Of a stretch of 64,000 nt of DNA, positions 60,167 to 64,000 are shown piece after piece. Position 1 is the first letter of the stretch. Each line of letters begins with the position of its first letter. Below the pieces are notes generated by a model. That model saw only the letters and a program-made list of their open reading frames with translations. It was not told the origin of the DNA and did not search any database. Source of the DNA: Bacillota bacterium (GTDB lineage Bacteria > Bacillota > Clostridia > Christensenellales > UBA1431); assembly GCA_049324235.1 (NCBI GenBank), contig JBMOLJ010000056.1, forward strand, positions 9,229 through 73,228. The letters are read 5' to 3'. The translations under genes were made by a program, and so were the position numbers.

Positions 60167-60691
60167 CTATTCTCCGGCTTTGCCCCTGAAAATATTCTCA
60201 AAGGCGTAACTGAACAGCGCGGCAACGGAAAGCGCCAGCCCCGCGCTCAGCAATATGATGTGGAACGGATCGATACTGGCTTTGAAAAAGGATGCGACAA
60301 CACCCAGGAAAAAAATTCCCGCCGCGATCTTGCCGATAGTCTTAGAATACACCACCTTGTGCTCCCTGGTCAACAGCAAAGCCCCGCCAATGACCATGGC
60401 AAGCTCCTTGACGGTAGCCAGTATCGGGAAAACAAGGGGGACATTGCCCGCGCTGTACAGGCAGAAAAGCGCCACAATCAGCAGCAGCTTGTCTGCCAGC
60501 GGGTCCAATAGCTTGCCAAGATCGGTGATCAGGTTGTATTTGCGCGCGATATACCCGTCCAGCACATCGGTTGCACCCGCTACCAGGAATATCGCCAGCG
60601 CGGCCATGTAGTCCGGGATATTGAACACAAAATAGAAAACGCCCACCAGGATAAGCCGGATGATCGTCAGGATATTGGGCAGATTGAGCAC
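60167..60691 (-). CDS. pgsA: CDP-diacylglycerol--glycerol-3-phosphate 3-phosphatidyltransferase
   Basis: LPNILTIIRL...DVLDGYIARKYN..T.LGKLLDPLADKLL (CDP-alcohol phosphatidyltransferase motif). Confidence 0.92.
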   Translation of the reverse strand: MLNLPNILTIIRLILVGVFYFVFNIPDYMAALAIFLVAGATDVLDGYIARKYNLITDLGKLLDPLADKLLLIVALFCLYSAGNVPLVFPILATVKELAMVIGGALLLTREHKVVYSKTIGKIAAGIFFLGVVASFFKASIDPFHIILLSAGLALSVAALFSYAFENIFRGKAGE

Positions 60692-60732
60692 GGATATATC
60701 CTCCCTAAAAACGCAACGATTGCTGTTCCTCT

Positions 60733-60761
60733 ATAGTAAACTATCTTTTCTGTGCATGCAA
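60733..60761 (-). promoter_or_regulatory. SigmaA-type promoter for pgsA
   Basis: Minus strand TTGCAT, 17-nt spacer, TACTAT. Confidence 0.55.
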
Positions 60762-60763
60762 AT

Positions 60764-60798
60764 AAAAAAACGGCAGTGCTTTCTCAAACGCCCTGCCG
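60764..60798 (-). terminator. Terminator ending the transcript of the NlpC/P60 gene plus repeat A
   Basis: Minus strand CGGCAGGGC-gtttgagaaa-GCACTGCCG followed by TTTTTTTA. Confidence 0.7.
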
Positions 60799-60802
60799 GT
60801 TT

Positions 60803-61040
60803 AGGCCGTCGAAACCCCCTTTGGGGGTTTTCGACGGGTTTCCTGTGCGGTTAAAATGCCGCTAAAGCGCCATTTTTTGCTGCCCCTCCGTGGTCCACGC
60901 AAAGCGAAGCTTTGTGGGGAAGATGAGAAGCAACGCAGCGTGCTTGCTTTTACGCTTCCGCGCGGAAGCTTGCAGAGCGAACGAAAGTGGGGATTGCGAT
61001 CCCCCACGCCCCCTGAAGGACACTTTCGGGCTGAACCGTC
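60803..61040 (+). repeat. Long copy (A) of the hairpin-rich intergenic repeat family, starting with a REP-like palindrome (60806-60837)
   Basis: AGGCCGTCGAAACCCCCTTTGGGGGTTTTCGACGGGTTTCCTGTGCGGTTAAAATGCCGCTAAAGCG...CCACGCAAAGCGAAGCTTTGTGGGG...GAGAAGCAACGCAGCG... aligns with copy B over roughly 140-160 nt at an estimated 70-75% identity by eye. Confidence 0.7.
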
Positions 61041-61051
61041 CTGTCGTCGCG

Positions 61052-61816
61052 TTATCCTTTCCAAAGCCCGCCAAGTGCTTTCGTCGTTGCCGGCCCTACA
61101 ATTCCATCAACCTTCAGCTTCTTATCACGCTGGAACTGCTTCACGCCCTGCGTGGTCTTCGGCCCGTAGACGCCGTCGGCGCCCGTTCCGCCCACGCTGT
61201 ATTTTTTTGCCATCAGCTGCTGCTGCACGTCGCGCACGTCTTCGCCGCTCATCCATTTGCTCTTTAACTCGAGAAGTCTCTTTATAATAAACACGCCGTT
61301 AAAAACCTCATTATGTCCCGGCGCCTGCTCATATTCCACGTCCCGCAGCTGTATCCACTCTTTCCAGGCCTTTCCGGTCGCAGGCGACCACAGCGGCGAT
61401 TCCACGACGCCCGCTTTTACCCCGCCCGATTCGATGACCTTGCCCGAACCGATATACACGCCTATGTGGCCGCTTCTCCATACGCCCAGACCCGGCATGT
61501 TCGGAATCTCCTGCAGGCTTCCGCGTTCTACAGCCTGCGCCCTGAACGTGTTTGAAGACCTGTCTTCATAGTCCGCATCCTTGCTGCGGAAGGCTTCGAC
61601 CAACAGGCCGCTGCAGTCCACGACGATTGCATTGAACCATTTCTTGCACTCTTCAAGATAATACGAGGCGCTTTTCCCTGCGCGCTCCTCCTCCGCCCAT
61701 TTTTGCGCCAATTCCGGCGTATATTTCTGGCCCTGCCCGCTGTATACATATCCCCACTTTTTCTCTGCTGCACCCTCCAAAAACGCAACCAGCTCTTTTG
61801 CGGTAATTATACTCAT
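61052..61816 (-). CDS. Cell-wall hydrolase: NlpC/P60-like (C40-type) N-terminal domain + C-terminal PG_binding_1 domain (endolysin-like)
   Basis: VVDCSGLLVEAF...GHIGVYIGSGKVIES (Cys/His pair). C-terminal GEDVRDVQQQLMAK...DGVYGPKTTQGVKQFQRDKKLKVDGIVGPATTKAL. Confidence 0.7.
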   Translation of the reverse strand: MSIITAKELVAFLEGAAEKKWGYVYSGQGQKYTPELAQKWAEEERAGKSASYYLEECKKWFNAIVVDCSGLLVEAFRSKDADYEDRSSNTFRAQAVERGSLQEIPNMPGLGVWRSGHIGVYIGSGKVIESGGVKAGVVESPLWSPATGKAWKEWIQLRDVEYEQAPGHNEVFNGVFIIKRLLELKSKWMSGEDVRDVQQQLMAKKYSVGGTGADGVYGPKTTQGVKQFQRDKKLKVDGIVGPATTKALGGLWKG

Positions 61817-62107
61817 ACACCCTCACATCCTAAGTTTTATTCCAGGCGGCAGTCCTTGCACCATGCATTTCGTTATTTTCATAGTATGAGGATCACGTGC
61901 TTTTGTTTCATAACCTGCAGCCTGCCAACAAGAACGGAAAGGCCCCCAAATCACGCTGCCGGTTGCCGCGCATTCGTGCATTTTATCGTCTGCATTCCCC
62001 ATTTCCCACCCTATTACACCATAATAGTACGCTAGTATAACCCTTTGTTATTGCGGTTTCTGTCGGATTTCCGAGAATCCGCGGTTATGCTCTGCACCAA
62101 GGCTGCC

Positions 62108-62599
62108 TTACCGTCTCCTCCTTCTTCTCCTTCTCCTTCTGAACAGTTCGGAGAGCAGAAGAATTCTAATGAGGTCCCCAAAAAGGCCTCTGCGTCTGAA
62201 CATGCGGAAACCAAAGCCGTCAGGGTTATGCGACATATAATCCTCGGGAGGATCCATAGGATTATTGGCCTGTATCTCATATTCACGGGCATATTCGGCC
62301 AGATCAGGATGCATCCTGCATACGTTATCGTGAATTTGGTCGCATTTATGTTCGATCATTTCCACGCCGGGCATCATCTCGTACATCTCCATCTCATCAC
62401 ATGCCCGCATGATATGCGGCTGCAACTTGTAGTAGATGTCCGGATAGACGGTGGGATATGCCATTGCGCCGGACATCATGAGCGACATCCCGGGTTGGTA
62501 ATATGGAGACTGTTTTGCCGCGGGCGCATTGTACCAGGGAAGCGTGGTTCCGGGTGCGTTCATCCACGGACCCATGTATTGGTTTTCTTTACAGTTCAT
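62108..62599 (-). CDS. Hypothetical protein with Pro/Tyr/Met-rich N-terminus and C-terminal deca-arginine tail
   Basis: ATG at 62599 is 10 nt after AGGAGG. The protein ends ...FRRRGLFGDLIRILLLSELFRRRRRRRRRR. No family recognised. Confidence 0.6.
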   Translation of the reverse strand: MNCKENQYMGPWMNAPGTTLPWYNAPAAKQSPYYQPGMSLMMSGAMAYPTVYPDIYYKLQPHIMRACDEMEMYEMMPGVEMIEHKCDQIHDNVCRMHPDLAEYAREYEIQANNPMDPPEDYMSHNPDGFGFRMFRRRGLFGDLIRILLLSELFRRRRRRRRRR

Positions 62600-62693
62600 T
62601 CCCAAAATACCTCCTTTCTTTTTATTGCCCGAAGTATTCTATGAAAGATGATGGAGACATGTTACGTTCATACGGCAAGGATAGTCCGGCCCC

Positions 62694-62885
62694 AGGCCGT
62701 CGACAAACCTTTTGGGGATTTTGTCGACGGGTTTTCTGTGTAGTTAAATGGTGCTAAGGCATTTTTCGCTACGGACTCCGCACATTGCCCCGAAGCCCTT
62801 CCCGGGCAACGCCACGCAAAACATAGTTTGCATGGAAACGGAGGAGCAACGGAGCGGGACGAAGAAACCCCAATCGCTTGGGACT
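62694..62885 (+). repeat. Long copy (B) of the hairpin-rich intergenic repeat family, starting with a REP-like palindrome (62697-62730)
   Basis: AGGCCGTCGACAAACCTTTTGGGGATTTTGTCGACGGGTTTTCTGTGTAGTTAAATGGTGCTAAGGC...CCACGCAAAACATAGTTTGCATGG...GGAGGAGCAACGGAGCG... Confidence 0.7.
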
Positions 62886-62983
62886 GGGGATTAACATGCG
62901 GCGGAAGATAGAAAAAGACCCTGCCCAGCCGAGATATATCCTCACCGAGGTGGGCATCGGTTACCGAATGGCGGATGAATAAC
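62886..62983 (+). pseudogene. Remnant of the 3' end of an OmpR/KdpE-type response regulator gene
   Basis: The frame reads ..INMRRKIEKDPAQPRYILTEVGIGYRMADE-stop, the last ~30 aa of a winged-helix Trans_reg_C domain. No receiver domain or start lies upstream. Confidence 0.75.
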
Positions 62984-63023
62984 GCTTAGCGGCATTGTAA
63001 CCGCTCAGGAAATCCGCCTCAAC

Positions 63024-63872
63024 TCATCCCTGCGCCTGAAACCAGATTTTTAATTTACATCTTCCTTCCGGCGAACAAGCCCGCAAAGCAAGCCGCGTAA
63101 AAAAAGCATATTTTTCCGGAACGATTGCCGCCGTTTCGCCCAAGGCAAGTTCCCATACCGCCACTTCATTGATATGGGTAGATTGGTTGGGGCTTATCTG
63201 CACATGGACACGCGCTTCATCCGGACCCATGTTTTGTATAAAATATGTATACATTTTAAACGGCGCCGTGTTCTGCCATGTGGAATACGCCGGTTCATTC
63301 CCTATGCGGCATATTTCAAAAGTATTCTTATTTCTTCTGTGCATGAAAGAAGAACTGCATTCATTGTCGTATTTTACGTATAATGCGGGACTACAGCAAT
63401 TCGGATTATGGCTGAGCTGTACTTCAAAGCACGTAAGATCAGGCTCTGCTTCCATGGATTTAATCATCAGGCCGTTATTGTTCATTCTCTTCTGTACCCA
63501 GGCCTGTACGATATTCGTAATATCCCAGATATGCCAGCCATTGCGGTCGATTTCAACTGTGTTCCCCGGAATATGTGTGTCTGTCCCGGGTTGTGTTTCC
63601 CATGCAGTCCTTTTGTTCCATGCGGATTCAACAGGATACGGCGTAAAAAAACCGTTTGCATTCTGGTTTGGAACAGCCGCGCAGGCTTTGACCAAGGCAG
63701 AGATAATATCCGAATTCTTGGGGAGCATGCCCGTATCGAATTGCAGCAGCATCCTGTACAGGCAGCCTCGGGAATCCATCCCCGCATAAAGATGATTCCG
63801 TTCGGGCCTGTTTTGCGCCCCGCTGTTGCTGATAAATGTTTTATGAAATGGAAGCAATACCAGTTCGTTCAT
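63024..63872 (-). CDS. DNRLRE-domain protein with an additional C-terminal domain of unknown function
   Basis: LYRMLLQFD...ISALV...ESAWNKRTAWETQPG...WHIWDITNIVQAWVQKRMNNNGLMIKS fits the DNRLRE pattern (llkFdl...sA.L...W.e..vTW..qP...w..wDvT..v..W....NnGl). Confidence 0.6.
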   Translation of the reverse strand: MNELVLLPFHKTFISNSGAQNRPERNHLYAGMDSRGCLYRMLLQFDTGMLPKNSDIISALVKACAAVPNQNANGFFTPYPVESAWNKRTAWETQPGTDTHIPGNTVEIDRNGWHIWDITNIVQAWVQKRMNNNGLMIKSMEAEPDLTCFEVQLSHNPNCCSPALYVKYDNECSSSFMHRRNKNTFEICRIGNEPAYSTWQNTAPFKMYTYFIQNMGPDEARVHVQISPNQSTHINEVAVWELALGETAAIVPEKYAFFTRLALRACSPEGRCKLKIWFQAQG

Positions 63873-64000
63873 TAATATACTTCTCTTTAACTAAAAACAA
63901 ACTATAAAACAAATATATTGCCGGCTTAAACGTTTATGCCATTAAGCTTATTCCTCTATTTCATGACGAAATCAAATGTTTCCCTGTTAAATAAATCCAA

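Noticed and set aside
60801-61287. ORF-track ORFs 60801-61064 (-), 60856-61287 (+), 60862-61074 (-) and 60890-61267 (+) running through repeat copy A. Similarly 62769-62957 (-) runs through copy B.
   Set aside because: They occupy multiple overlapping frames on both strands, have Arg/Pro/Ser-rich products and no RBS. The sequence is repeated at the nucleotide level with indels that break the frames between copies.
61052-63872. Possible prophage, based on the endolysin-like gene.
   Set aside because: Only one phage-like gene is present. There is no integrase, holin, terminase, capsid or tail gene, and no att-like direct repeats were seen.

Overview
This 64-kb chromosomal segment comes from a moderately GC-rich, endospore-forming anaerobic Firmicute. 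The gene content (SleL, CwlJ/GerQ, SASPs, YtaF, [FeFe]-hydrogenase modules) suggests a Clostridia, Oscillospiraceae/Ruminococcaceae-like organism, but that taxon is inference only. I can support about 60 protein genes, 2 tRNAs (Glu-CUC, Val-GAC), one ISL3-family insertion sequence, a CIRCE operator, a T-box leader, a yybP-ykoY Mn riboswitch, several sigmaA-like promoters and many rho-independent terminators. Housekeeping blocks are a GyrB/ParE-GyrA/ParC pair, groES-groEL, lgt, amt, valS-folC and pgsA. Accessory content includes a hydrogenase flavoprotein operon preceded by a sensor-like cassette, a MacAB-type efflux pump with a two-component system, and a spore germination/coat cluster (cwlJ plus 2 gerQ paralogues, 2 SASPs). 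It also includes Ca/Mn transport genes, a large FN3/CHAP surface hydrolase and several gene remnants (MCP, polysaccharide deacetylase, response regulator). Five observations deserve most attention. (1) A DRTGG / HATPase / H-cluster-domain / DRTGG / PHP cassette (6188-9419) sits next to a NuoE/NuoF-type module that lacks a catalytic HydA. (2) A WYL regulator - DUF2971 - HD - 2H phosphoesterase run lies at 23754-26883. (3) A hairpin-rich intergenic repeat family has at least three long copies and four REP-like palindromes. (4) A T-box leader is followed first by a 70-aa membrane ORF and only then by valS. (5) A protein ends in ten consecutive arginines encoded almost entirely by AGA/AGG. No CRISPR array, rRNA or convincing prophage was seen. 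All calls were made by eye from the sequence and the ORF translations. No database search, folding or composition statistic was run, so family names are recognitions of motifs and architecture, not search results.
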